A DNA stretch of 64,000 nt. Source: Nitrospirota bacterium. Its GTDB lineage: Bacteria > Nitrospirota > UBA9217. This document shows positions 31,453 to 41,083 of this stretch, piece by piece (the stretch's first letter is position 1; each line of letters opens with the position of its first letter). The notes beneath the pieces are model-generated. The model saw only the letters and a program-made list of their open reading frames with translations. It was not told where the DNA came from and ran no database searches. Both the position numbers and the translations under genes were made by a program. Location: contig CAWCKW010000012.1 of the NCBI GenBank assembly GCA_963796285.1, positions 1,760,001-1,824,000 on the forward strand, written 5' to 3'.

Positions 31453-33018
31453 TCATGGTCTTGTAAAAAACGCGGCATGGTTGGAAGTAAATATCGGGGG
31501 GTCCTTTTTCAGGATCGCCGAGACAGCCGGGTGTTTTTTAAATTCAGCATCCAGGAACCGACGCACGGCTTTCCGGTCCCATCCCCGGGGATGCCTAAAT
31601 GCCGTATAGAGTGAAAGGTCTCCCTCATAGAACTTTCCGTCCTCATACGCCCCTGCCTCCTGTCCGCACACCGGCATGTTGAACACCGCAAGGTTCAGGA
31701 ACGTGATCGCATCGCTATGGGCGGCAACGAACGCAAGCGTCTTTCGCGCCTCCCTGATCGTCTCGGCCGGGGTGCCGAAGAGGAGATACACATAGACGGC
31801 GATCCCGGCCGCATGAAGATTTTTCAAGACCAGCGACGCTGTCGCGAGATCGATCCCCTTCCGCAACCTGTCGAGCACTCCCTGATCGCCTGATTCAAGG
31901 CCGAGTTTGAGCATCCTGCACCCTGACCGTTTGAGCGCGCGACAGTAATCAAGGTCCATGAGTTCCTTGCTGATCCTGGCAAAACCATACCACGGGACAC
32001 CGGGAGGTTTGTCCGCGAGTGCTGCCATGAGCGCGGGATTGATCGAGTTGTCGAGAAGGTGGATCAGGACAGGTTTCGTTTCTTTCACTAATACAGCAAG
32101 CTCTGCCATGGCCCGTTTCACGGGAACAGGGACATAAGGATTGTCCTCGGCTGTTTCCGGACAGAAGGAGCATTTATTCCAGTAGCACCCGCTCGAGCCG
32201 CTGTATGGAAGAATGGGGCCCGGCGAGAGATACTCATGAAGGGGCATGGACGAGTAGTCCGGTGCAGCGCTCTTTTGCTTTTTCCCATGGGCGCCCAGCA
32301 GCTCGAGCAGCGGCCCCTCCCCCGGGCCCGCGATAAGGTGATCGACAAAACAACCGAACGGGTCCTTCCACGCCGGACCTTTCATCCAGGACGTCACCAA
32401 ACCGCCGCCGAGGACGATCTTCACGCCGGGATACTCCTGTCTGATATAGCCGATCATGGCAAAGGCGCAGAGCGCCTGGCTCAGATAGTTCAGGGAAAAA
32501 CCGACGAACTTTGCCGTGCGCCACTGGTCTGACCCGGGCAACGACGAAGGGTACCTTTGCGAAAAAACAGATTCTTCAAATACTGCCGGCAATCGCCTGC
32601 TGAACCAGGGATAGAAGGGGTCCTGCTCCGGATGCTCGGCAGCAGTGATCAGGTCTGCGCTGCGCAACGGAGAAAGCTGTTGATGATGATAGTCCGCCAG
32701 ACCCAGGACCGCATGATACGCTTTGGCGGAAGCCATGAGCACGCGATTCACATCTTTTACAGCCCTGCTATAGCGGTCAGGGGATCGATAGGTTCGCGGG
32801 TCGCGGAGTGCCGTGAGATTGGATGAAATATTTTTCGCGGCCCGCCGGGTCCAGGTATCCGACGCGGTCCGCGGCTGCCGCAGAAGATACAGAAGTCCCT
32901 CGAGATTCGCGTCCAGGATCGCGCAGGAAACGCCATGCGTCTTCAACGCGCCGGCAAGTTTCGCTATGCCCGCAGGCGGTTCGCAGGGTTTTGCAACAGG
33001 AGGAAAGATGAGGAGCAT
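31453..33018 (-). CDS. Cobalamin-binding-like radical SAM protein
   Basis: LLIFPP..PPAGIA, IVLGGG, GPGE, GCYWNKCSFC (CxxxCxxC), GLESG, YLLFGTPAET. Confidence 0.85.
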   Translation of the reverse strand: MLLIFPPVAKPCEPPAGIAKLAGALKTHGVSCAILDANLEGLLYLLRQPRTASDTWTRRAAKNISSNLTALRDPRTYRSPDRYSRAVKDVNRVLMASAKAYHAVLGLADYHHQQLSPLRSADLITAAEHPEQDPFYPWFSRRLPAVFEESVFSQRYPSSLPGSDQWRTAKFVGFSLNYLSQALCAFAMIGYIRQEYPGVKIVLGGGLVTSWMKGPAWKDPFGCFVDHLIAGPGEGPLLELLGAHGKKQKSAAPDYSSMPLHEYLSPGPILPYSGSSGCYWNKCSFCPETAEDNPYVPVPVKRAMAELAVLVKETKPVLIHLLDNSINPALMAALADKPPGVPWYGFARISKELMDLDYCRALKRSGCRMLKLGLESGDQGVLDRLRKGIDLATASLVLKNLHAAGIAVYVYLLFGTPAETIREARKTLAFVAAHSDAITFLNLAVFNMPVCGQEAGAYEDGKFYEGDLSLYTAFRHPRGWDRKAVRRFLDAEFKKHPAVSAILKKDPPIFTSNHAAFFTRP

Positions 33019-33071
33019 GGGATATTATGCCGGATGCGGGATGCGATATCAAGGGCATTGTTTTTTTGTGG

Positions 33072-33428
33072 TCAAGTCATGGTGACTGCTCTCCAATGCG
33101 TGTCGTTTGTCCAATCGGCCTGGTGATCATTGACGCTGCTCGCTGCACGTGTTGTCTTTTCCATTTCCATTTCTTGACCTTCATGCCATTTTTTGTTCTT
33201 TATCAAAAAGATCATAAGATCACTCGTTTTAAATACATGTAACAGTTTGCACATAATAAGTCTGCACATGGCGGGGATATCGTTAAGCATGGACGCTTTG
33301 TCTGACACCACCATCAGAGTATCGTTTTCTTTCATGTCCTTCAGCTTTCCGACGACCGCCAGAATAGGTGGTCCTCAGCACAAGCCCCTGATGTCAAGAA
33401 CACATCCTTCTTCGATCATATGATCCAT
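33072..33428 (-). CDS. TusA/SirA-like sulfur carrier with in-frame TGA (probable selenocysteine)
   Basis: GAGGG RBS, then MDHMIEEGCVLDIRGLC-TGA(33375-77)-GPPIL...LMVVSD...DIPAMC, in frame with ORF 33072..33335. Confidence 0.72.
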
Positions 33429-33493
33429 GTGCCGCCCTCTTCCGGCATTCCCGGAATATTCCTTCTAAAAGATTACCTCTGGATACAGAGAAC

Positions 33494-33524
33494 AAAAAGC
33501 CGGTTCGATTGCCGAACCGGCTTT
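33494..33524. terminator. Intrinsic terminator hairpin
   Basis: aaagccggttcg-attgc-cgaaccggcttt, 12-bp perfect stem with A/T flanks. Confidence 0.75.
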
Positions 33525-33554
33525 CCCTTCACAGATGCTTCGGCTACCATGACG

Positions 33555-34466
33555 CTAAATTTTCCCCCCTGCTGCGTTTGTCAGCGCCTTACGGATCGCC
33601 TCAGGGCTTTTCATAATATGCATGAAGCTGTTGCTCCCCATCATGGAAAGGTCCGGGAAGCTGATCGCGATGCGGAACCGAGCATAGAGCGCATACACTT
33701 TGTTGCCTGAAACCAGCATCTCATAGGGAAGGTGGGCAGTGGACCGAATGTCCTTGAAATCGATCTCGCTCATGATGAACCTGTCGTCCATATACTTGTC
33801 CGCCTCTGTCGCACCCTTCAGGGCCACACCGAACACTGACTCTTTCTTTCCAGGGAGGTCGATCCGGTAGACCCTCGTCACTCCGCCCCTGCCCGCGGCA
33901 AGGCCCGCCTCTACAGCCGCCGCTGCTTCTTCAAAGCTCCCGTATTCGGCCAGCATGCTGGGCTCATTAAAATATTCCATGCCCATCATATAGTGATAGG
34001 AGCGGAGCTTCTTGGCCGTCAGACCCTTTGCGCCGAATTCCTCCTGTTTGCCCAGCGCGGCACCAAGCTTGACAGCAACATCTGCCAGATCGCCCTGCAT
34101 CCGGTAGGCATTCGCCATATAGACGGGATTCACGTAGGCCACCTGCACGTCGTCCTTGACCTTGGTGATTGAGACGCGGATTGCCGCCCCGAACCCGCCG
34201 CGTTCGGATTTCGCCGCATTGCTCTTCAGCTCGTCATTCGTTGCGACGATGACCACGGCCTCGGGATAGGGCGCGTACTCTCCTGCAATGGTGAAACCCT
34301 GTGCTATAAGGGCGGACTTGACCGCAGTGGTTTTTTCCGCCACCGTTCCGGGACCCCGGGACCCGAGAACGAAGGGCTTCAGGAGCGCTTCATCCGCACC
34401 GGCCACGTTCAACAAAAAGAAAACGAACAACGATGCCAACGACAGACTTCTCAATGCCTTTTTCAT
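33555..34466 (-). CDS. Secreted hypothetical protein (two DUF302-like repeats possible)
   Basis: Signal peptide; GGFGAAIRV, NPVYMANAYR, YHYMMGMEYF, AHLPYE, RIAISFPDLSM. Confidence 0.7.
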   Translation of the reverse strand: MKKALRSLSLASLFVFFLLNVAGADEALLKPFVLGSRGPGTVAEKTTAVKSALIAQGFTIAGEYAPYPEAVVIVATNDELKSNAAKSERGGFGAAIRVSITKVKDDVQVAYVNPVYMANAYRMQGDLADVAVKLGAALGKQEEFGAKGLTAKKLRSYHYMMGMEYFNEPSMLAEYGSFEEAAAAVEAGLAAGRGGVTRVYRIDLPGKKESVFGVALKGATEADKYMDDRFIMSEIDFKDIRSTAHLPYEMLVSGNKVYALYARFRIAISFPDLSMMGSNSFMHIMKSPEAIRKALTNAAGGKI

Positions 34467-34550
34467 AGTTCCTCCCTTTCTTTATAATAAATTTAGGCTA
34501 TCATTATATTCCAAGCTTTGCAAGAAAATTTATCACCAGGGTCATGCCCC

Positions 34551-34580
34551 TTGACATCAGACATTTTTTCTTGCTATTGT
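34551..34580 (+). promoter_or_regulatory. Sigma70-type promoter
   Basis: TTGACA-18-TATTGT with TG extension. Confidence 0.5.
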
Positions 34581-34654
34581 TGGTCAACCAGATCGAAGGC
34601 TCTACTTGAACTATTCGATCCAGTCCAGTCCGCGGCTCCATGAAAGGCCGGATC

Positions 34655-36112
34655 ATGTCTCAGTCATGTTTTATCGGCATAGACCAGGGAAGCAGCGCGA
34701 CCAAGGCCGTTGTGCTGAGCGCTGCCGGTCAGATCCTGTTCAATACCCGGCAGGACCTTCTCCCGCCCTTTCGTGACGGCTTCCGCATCGAGCAGGACCC
34801 TCTGCAACTCCTGACCTCCGTCCGGGAGGTGTTGGATGAATGTATCCAACAGGTCCAGGGTTCGGGCGTCTCCGTTGTCGGCATCGGTCTTTCGTGTCAG
34901 CGGTCGTCCTGCCTGTTATGGAACGAATCAACGGGCGAACCGCAGTCACCGCTTCTCAGCTGGCGCGACACGCGCGGCAGGGACATCGTCCGCCGGCTCG
35001 CTCAGCAGGAGCCCATGATCTTCAGGCAATCGGGGCTCCCGCTCACCCCTTACTATTCAGCATCGAAGCTCAGCTGGCTGCGCGATAACCTTGCTGCTGG
35101 AAAACTTGCCAACATGGTGTTTGGCACGCTCAGCAGCTTTCTGGTGCAGCAGCTCACCAACAACACGCAGGCATTGATCGACCACACCAACGCGGCCCGG
35201 ACACAACTTATGAGCATTCATACGCTCTCGTGGGACGATGAATTGCTCGGGGCCTTCGGGCTAACGGGGATCCGGCTTCCGGGGATCCGGCCAACGGCCC
35301 ATGAATATGGAAAGGTGCAGACCGCGGCAGGGGCAATCCCGCTCCTCGCCTCCCTGGGAGACCAGCAGGCGGCCATGCTCGGCCTCGGCGTGCTGACCAA
35401 GGGCGCCGCAGGGATCAACTACGGCACCGGCGGGTTTCTGATGGTGAATACGGGCACAACGCTGGTCCCTGCCCCTGGCCTCATGGCATCCGTGTATTAT
35501 TCCAATGACCGGCAACAGCGGTATTTGCTCGAAGGAAGTGTGAACGCGGTGGGCGATGCGCTGGAATGGGTCCGGAGCCGTCTCGGCCTGTTCAAGGAAT
35601 ACAGCGAGGTGGACGACCTCTGCTGGAAAGCAACAACACCTGTGACAGCCTTTATCGGACTGAACGGGATCGGGGCGCCGCATTGGGAAGCTGAGATGGC
35701 AAGCTCGTTCCATGGCCTGGAATTGGAAAGCACCTCTGCAGACATGGTCCGGGCCGTGGTGGAGGGTGTCGCCTTTTTCATGAAGGACATTGCAGACGCT
35801 ATGCTCACAGCAGGGGTCGAACCCGTTTCGGTCATACTTTCCGGAGGCCTGTCGTCGCTCAGCTACCTGGTCCAGATCCAGGCCGATATCCTCGGCAAAG
35901 ACATCCACATAAGCGCGGCAAGGGAGGCCTCGGCATTGGGCGCCGCACTTCTTGCCGGCATGCAGCACGGTACATGGACGGCTGAAGACATAACGCGAAT
36001 GATGACCCCGCACGGCGAGACCATACAGGGGGAGCCGAATCCAGGCCTGGCAAGAAGATACCGACAGTGGAAGGAACTGCACCGGATGACAAGGGAACTG
36101 GACAGGCTGTGA
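34655..36112 (+). CDS. FGGY-family carbohydrate kinase (glycerol kinase-like)
   Basis: IDQGSSATKA, CQRSS, SWRDTR, YYSASK, GDQQAA, YGTGGF, GAPHW. Confidence 0.88.
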   Translation: MSQSCFIGIDQGSSATKAVVLSAAGQILFNTRQDLLPPFRDGFRIEQDPLQLLTSVREVLDECIQQVQGSGVSVVGIGLSCQRSSCLLWNESTGEPQSPLLSWRDTRGRDIVRRLAQQEPMIFRQSGLPLTPYYSASKLSWLRDNLAAGKLANMVFGTLSSFLVQQLTNNTQALIDHTNAARTQLMSIHTLSWDDELLGAFGLTGIRLPGIRPTAHEYGKVQTAAGAIPLLASLGDQQAAMLGLGVLTKGAAGINYGTGGFLMVNTGTTLVPAPGLMASVYYSNDRQQRYLLEGSVNAVGDALEWVRSRLGLFKEYSEVDDLCWKATTPVTAFIGLNGIGAPHWEAEMASSFHGLELESTSADMVRAVVEGVAFFMKDIADAMLTAGVEPVSVILSGGLSSLSYLVQIQADILGKDIHISAAREASALGAALLAGMQHGTWTAEDITRMMTPHGETIQGEPNPGLARRYRQWKELHRMTRELDRL

Positions 36113-36149
36113 TCATACTGGATCAGAGAATCAGGGCGAGATCATGATC

Positions 36150-36345
36150 AAATTCCACTCAAGACGGCAAGAGAAAATATTTTCCGCGAAGACGCACAGG
36201 ACGCCAAACGAAAATCTTTAAGCCTTGCGTTTAAAACAAACAAATAATTTGAGCTTTTGCTTTAATACAAGACCTGCAAGCTTTTCTTCGCGAGAGATGC
36301 CCTTTCGCTGTTGTCATGGTTTGGTTCCCGCTTGTCCGGGTTAGG
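36150..36345. mobile_element. Composite palindromic element (CGCAAAG-arm type)
   Basis: Inverted homolog of 42333-42552 (shared aaggcttaaagatttt core); ends with ggttcccgcttgtccgggttagg. Confidence 0.55.
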
Positions 36346-36361
36346 GCGGACAGGAATAAGA

Positions 36362-37903
36362 TCAATGAACTGCAGGTGGTCCACCCGCGGCAGGCGCCTT
36401 TGCCCACTGCATAATGAACACCAGGGGGATAACGCAGAGGATAAGGAGGCAGATCACGAGAAACGCGTCCGTGAACGCGAGGGTCGTTGATTGCCTGATC
36501 AGTTCCCGGTACATCAGACCGTCGGCGCCGGCGGGCGGCAGTCCCTTCAGGCTTAAGGCGCCCGCTATCTTTTCATGAGCCATGACGTAGCCCGGGTCCA
36601 GCGGCGATAGATGTTCCACCAGCCGCGTCTGGTGGAACTGCGCCCTGCGCGAGAGAATGGTCGTTGTCATGGCAATGCCCACACTCCCTCCCAGGTTCCG
36701 CAGAAGGTTGTAGACCGAGGTTGCCTCGGTCATCCGCTCTTTCGGGATATGCGAGAGCGTCAAGGTCGTGAGCGGGATGAACGTCATACCCATACCGAAA
36801 CCCAGCGTCATCCGCGGCCAGACAAAGGTCCAGAAGTCAGTTGTAAGATTAAACCTGGACATCATGTACGTGCTGATCGCGCAGACCGACATGCCGAATA
36901 CGAGGAACCGTTTCGGGTTCACCCTGCCGATGAACTTCCCGGCGATCGGCATGGCGAACAGGGTGGCGATGCCTCCGGGGCCGAGCACGAGCCCGGCATA
37001 GAACGATGTATAGCCCATCATCATCTGGAGGTAGATCGGCAGCAGCACGATGCTGCCGAAAAGGTTCAGAAAGACGAAGAACATCACCAGGGAACCGCTC
37101 GTGAACGTCCGGTCCTTGAACAGCTTCAGGTTGACGATGGGGGTCTCTGAATAATATTCATTGATCGCCAGGAGCGTGAGGGATACGGCCGCTATGATGC
37201 CGAAGGTCACGATCTTGCCGGAGGCGAACCAGTCCTCGCTCTCACCCTTGTCGAGCATGAACTGGAGCGCGCCGAGCCCGACAGCAAGGAACAAGAGCCC
37301 CCAGTAGTCGATCTTCATCTTCTGGCGCTTCATGTACGGTGGGTCCTCGATCACGATGACGTTCATGATGATCGACAGAATGCCGATCGGTATGTTGATA
37401 TAGAAGATCCAGCGCCAGGAGAGCGTGTCGGTGATCCATCCGCCGAGGAGCGGGCCCACGATCGGGCCCACCATGGCTCCCAGTCCGAAAATGGCCATGG
37501 CCTGGCCGTGTTTCTCCCGGGGGAAGGATTCGAGCAGGATGGACTGGCTGATCGGGACGAGACCGCCGCCGCCGATGCCCTGGAGGATCCGGAAGAATAT
37601 GAGGCTGTTCAGGCTCCACGCCGAGCCGCACATGAAGGAACTGAAGGTGAACAGCGCGATGGAGGCGATCTGGTAGTTTTTTCTGCCGATAAGCTTGGCC
37701 AGCCAGCCCGCCATGGGGATCACGATGGCGTTCGACACGAGGTAGGCGGTGATGGTCCACGTTGCTTCGTCGTACCCGGCGGAGAGCGAACCCCTGATGT
37801 GATCGAGCGATACGTTCACAATGGAGGTATCGATGATCTCGATCAGGGTAGGGAGCATCACCGTGAATGCAATTAATCCCCTGCTCCTGCTGCTCATGTT
37901 CAT
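36362..37903 (-). CDS. DHA2 MFS efflux permease (EmrB family)
   Basis: DTSIVNV, WTITAYL, FRILQGIGGG, GPLLGGWITD..SWRWIFYINIPIG. Confidence 0.93.
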   Translation of the reverse strand: MNMSSRSRGLIAFTVMLPTLIEIIDTSIVNVSLDHIRGSLSAGYDEATWTITAYLVSNAIVIPMAGWLAKLIGRKNYQIASIALFTFSSFMCGSAWSLNSLIFFRILQGIGGGGLVPISQSILLESFPREKHGQAMAIFGLGAMVGPIVGPLLGGWITDTLSWRWIFYINIPIGILSIIMNVIVIEDPPYMKRQKMKIDYWGLLFLAVGLGALQFMLDKGESEDWFASGKIVTFGIIAAVSLTLLAINEYYSETPIVNLKLFKDRTFTSGSLVMFFVFLNLFGSIVLLPIYLQMMMGYTSFYAGLVLGPGGIATLFAMPIAGKFIGRVNPKRFLVFGMSVCAISTYMMSRFNLTTDFWTFVWPRMTLGFGMGMTFIPLTTLTLSHIPKERMTEATSVYNLLRNLGGSVGIAMTTTILSRRAQFHQTRLVEHLSPLDPGYVMAHEKIAGALSLKGLPPAGADGLMYRELIRQSTTLAFTDAFLVICLLILCVIPLVFIMQWAKAPAAGGPPAVH

Positions 37904-38780
37904 TTTGCCAGTACCACCGGCTCAACGGACATGCCGACTCTCAAAAGATGCTCTTTGTCCGTTCCTTCCTGGAAAACGATCTTGATCGGGATCCGCTGGA
38001 CCACCTTGACGTAGTTGCCCGTGGCGTTCTCCGCGGGAAAGAGAGAAAAGGTCACGCCGGTGCCTGCCATGATGCTGTCAACCTTTCCCTTGAACTCCTT
38101 CCCGGGAAAAGAGTCGATCGTCATCTTGACCTCCTGCCCCGGGCGGATGCGCTCCATCTGGGTTTCCTTGTAGTTGGCGACGACGTACAAACTGTCCAGA
38201 TCGACAATCGCCATCAAGGGCTGGCCGGTCTGCACTTGATTACCCGTTTGGACGGATTTTCGTCGTGACATACCCGTCCGCAGGCGCCACGACCGTAGTG
38301 TATCCCAGATTGAGCTCCGCATTGCCGAAGCTGCTCCTCGGCGAGTTTCACCTGCGCCAGGGAGATCTCATATGTTGAGACGGCCTTATCGTAACGCTCG
38401 GTCGAACTCGCATCCTGTTCGTATAAGGCTTTGGCGCGCTTTCGATCGCTTTCAGCGAGGCGCAGCGTAGCGCGCTGGAGTTCGCGGTTCGCTTTCGCGG
38501 CCTCGGCCTTCGACTGGTAATCCGCGGGATCGATCTCGACCAGGAGGTCACCCTTCTTCACCCGCTGGTTGTCGTTGACGAGGACGGCCTTCACATTGCC
38601 GCTGACCCGCGCCGAGATGGTATGGATGTTGCCGTCAATGAAAGCATCGTCGGTCGAAACATGCGTCTTGCGATAGGCGCTGTAGAAATAACCGAGGGTG
38701 AGTCCGATGACCACGACCACCCCGACGATCATGAAGGCTTTTTTCTTTTTCTGTCCGCTGCCCGCCTGTTCTTCTGCCAT
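37900..38780 (-). CDS. EmrA/HlyD-family adaptor, frameshifted near 38260-38325
   Basis: STDDAFI..ISARVSG in ORF 38214..38780; ANYKETQ and ENATGNYVKVVQRIP in ORF 37900..38322. Confidence 0.88.
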
Positions 38781-38804
38781 GCTGTCTCCTTGATGATTAC
38801 TGCT

Positions 38805-38875
38805 TAGAGCTTAGAGCATAGAGCTATCAATGCTTCACCCTCAATGCTTTACGCTCTGCCCTCTGCGCTCTGCTG
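38805..38875. repeat. 7-nt periodic inverted arms (AGAGCxT / GCTCTGC)
   Basis: tagagcttagagcatagagc ... gctctgccctctgcgctctgc between tolC and emrA. Confidence 0.55.
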
Positions 38876-38878
38876 CAC

Positions 38879-40171
38879 TCACTTCCCATACGCTCCAACC
38901 ATGTCCTTGCCTGCCGCATTAAGGAGGACGGCCTCCGCCCGTTTGACGCCGTAAAGCGATTTCCAGGAATTCGATTCGGCCGTGGTCAAAAGCGCCACCG
39001 CATCGAGCACTTCGGTCGCCGTGCCCACGCCTTCCTTATACCGGAGATGCTGGAGCCTCAGGTTCTCCTCGGCCTGTTCAACCGCGGCCTTCGTGACCTC
39101 CATCTTTTTTGTCGAGCTTTGGAGGTCGAGATAGGCGCTCTTAACCTCCAGCCGGATAGTATCAAGCAGCTTGTCCCGTGACAGCTTGAGCGACCGCAGC
39201 TCCGCCCTTGCCATACCGATCTTCGAATCGCTTGCCCCGCCGGAAAAAAGATTGATATTCACGCCGACAATGGCGGACCAGTTGTCCTGGTGCACCATGT
39301 ATTTGTTCTCTGAATATTCATACCCGCCGGAGACGTAGAAGGTCGGCAGGTATTCCGCCTGTGTGGACTGGACGTTCTGTTCCTTCGCCGCGATGGCCGC
39401 ATCCATTTCCTTGAGCACGGACCGGGAGGCCTCGGCGCCGGCCCATGCCTCATCGAGCGTCAGGCCCGCAGCCGGGCTTGCCCTGATCTCCTCAGGCTGT
39501 ACGGCATCGTTCAGCGGTTTCAGGAGCAGGCTGTTGATCTTCGATTCCCTGACAGAGCACAGGTTCTCCGAGGTCAGGAGCCGCTGTTGAGAGTCGGCAA
39601 GAGTGACGTTCACCTGGAGCACTTCGTTCTTCGTGATGACGCCTGCGCGATACCGCGTTTCCGTGTCCTTTTTGTGCGCCTCATACTGCTTAACTTCTTC
39701 CTGGGCCACGGTGAGCAGTTTCTCCGATTCCAGAAGGTCCAGGTAGGCGACAATGAAGTCCAGCGCCGCCTGGTTCTTCGACTGGCTGGTCATGATCTCG
39801 CGGGCCTTTAATCCATATTTTGCGGCATCGATCGACGAAGACGTCCTGCCGAAGTCATACAACAGTTGCGTGGCCTTCACGCCGTAGGTCAGGAATTGGT
39901 CCTGCGATGTGGGGACCGTCAGATCCCCGAATTTTGCCTCCGGAATGTACCGGAGCCACGTCTCGCGGCCGTAGAGGTCGACCGACGGGAGCCAGGGGGA
40001 GCGTGCGAGCGATACGGCACCCCGTGCCGCATCCTCATCGGACCGGGCGATCATGATGTCCCTTCCCGTCTCGGTGACGATCCTCAGGCCATCTTCAAGC
40101 GAGAGGGCATGGGCCGTGAGCGGAAACAAGAAGGATAGGAAAAGAATGAGAGCACTGTGTGAGCGTTTCAT
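38879..40171 (-). CDS. TolC-family outer-membrane efflux protein
   Basis: Signal peptide; QLLYDFG, RYRAG, NLFSGG, RYKEGVGT..EVLDA. Confidence 0.9.
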   Translation of the reverse strand: MKRSHSALILFLSFLFPLTAHALSLEDGLRIVTETGRDIMIARSDEDAARGAVSLARSPWLPSVDLYGRETWLRYIPEAKFGDLTVPTSQDQFLTYGVKATQLLYDFGRTSSSIDAAKYGLKAREIMTSQSKNQAALDFIVAYLDLLESEKLLTVAQEEVKQYEAHKKDTETRYRAGVITKNEVLQVNVTLADSQQRLLTSENLCSVRESKINSLLLKPLNDAVQPEEIRASPAAGLTLDEAWAGAEASRSVLKEMDAAIAAKEQNVQSTQAEYLPTFYVSGGYEYSENKYMVHQDNWSAIVGVNINLFSGGASDSKIGMARAELRSLKLSRDKLLDTIRLEVKSAYLDLQSSTKKMEVTKAAVEQAEENLRLQHLRYKEGVGTATEVLDAVALLTTAESNSWKSLYGVKRAEAVLLNAAGKDMVGAYGK

Positions 40172-40333
40172 GGCAATACCTCGGAAGCAGCGTTGTGAAA
40201 TGTTAGTGACCGCTATACTACACGAAATTACTTAAAAAGTGAAGCGGTCTTTCCGGTTCATGATTACGATTACTATCCTTATCTCACTCTATTGCGTCTG
40301 CCCCTGACGACCCTTTTCGGATCGAAATCGCAA

Positions 40334-40362
40334 TTGACAAGTTTAAGGGAAAGTCCTACATT
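40334..40362 (+). promoter_or_regulatory. Sigma70-type promoter
   Basis: TTGACA-17-TACATT upstream of the hemerythrin-like gene. Confidence 0.6.
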
Positions 40363-40485
40363 AATATTGATAAGCAGCTCTGCACCAGACCCGTGACCAA
40401 GTACAGATAACGTACTGCAACTTTTCTCGGAGAGCTATGCTGCCTATAGTAAAATCAGCATGGCAAGGTCAAAGAAAACTAAATC

Positions 40486-40890
40486 ATGTCCAATCTGAGT
40501 GAAGACCTAAAGAACGAACACAAGATCATTCTTAGGATTCTCGACGAGATGAAGACTTTCGGAATTTCATCCGCGTCGGGACAGGAGAAACTGCTCTCAG
40601 CAAAAGGTCTTTTAATTGCTCATATGAAAAAAGAGGATGAACAATATTATCCCGCGTTGAAAAGAGCTGCTGAGAACAATAAAGATCTAAAGATCATGAT
40701 GGATTACTTTATCAAGGATATGGAAGATGTCAGCAAAAAGGCGATGTGTTTATTTGATAAATATTCCCAGGGCGGGGATGAGACGGATTTTGCAGGAGAC
40801 GTAACATTATTGTATATGACCCTGAAAGACAGGATCCGCATAGAGGAAAAAACTCTTTTTGAGAAATTCAATCCGCTGAGCAAAGAATGA
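40486..40890 (+). CDS. Hemerythrin-like (HHE) domain protein
   Basis: LKNEH, AHMKKEDEQYYP, RIRIEEKTLF. Confidence 0.72.
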   Translation: MSNLSEDLKNEHKIILRILDEMKTFGISSASGQEKLLSAKGLLIAHMKKEDEQYYPALKRAAENNKDLKIMMDYFIKDMEDVSKKAMCLFDKYSQGGDETDFAGDVTLLYMTLKDRIRIEEKTLFEKFNPLSKE

Positions 40891-40902
40891 ACAGTAATCA
40901 TA

Positions 40903-41040
40903 TTTGAGGATCTCGTAAAAAGTCATTATCCACCGCCGAGACGCGGAGACACGGAGAAGTGCATATTGAAAATAAAGAGGGATTCCCTCTGCGCCTCTGC
41001 GTCTCAGCGGTTAAATTCGATTATTGGGGGTTCATCATAT
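40903..41040. mobile_element. Composite palindromic element (GATCTCGTAAAAAGTC end, GCGGAGA/TCTCTGC arms)
   Basis: Homologous to 61351-61545 in arms, spacer and gtctcagcggttaaattcga. Confidence 0.55.
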
Positions 41041-41083
41041 TTGGCTTCTCCATATTTTGTGATCGAAAGTAGAATAATTGAAC

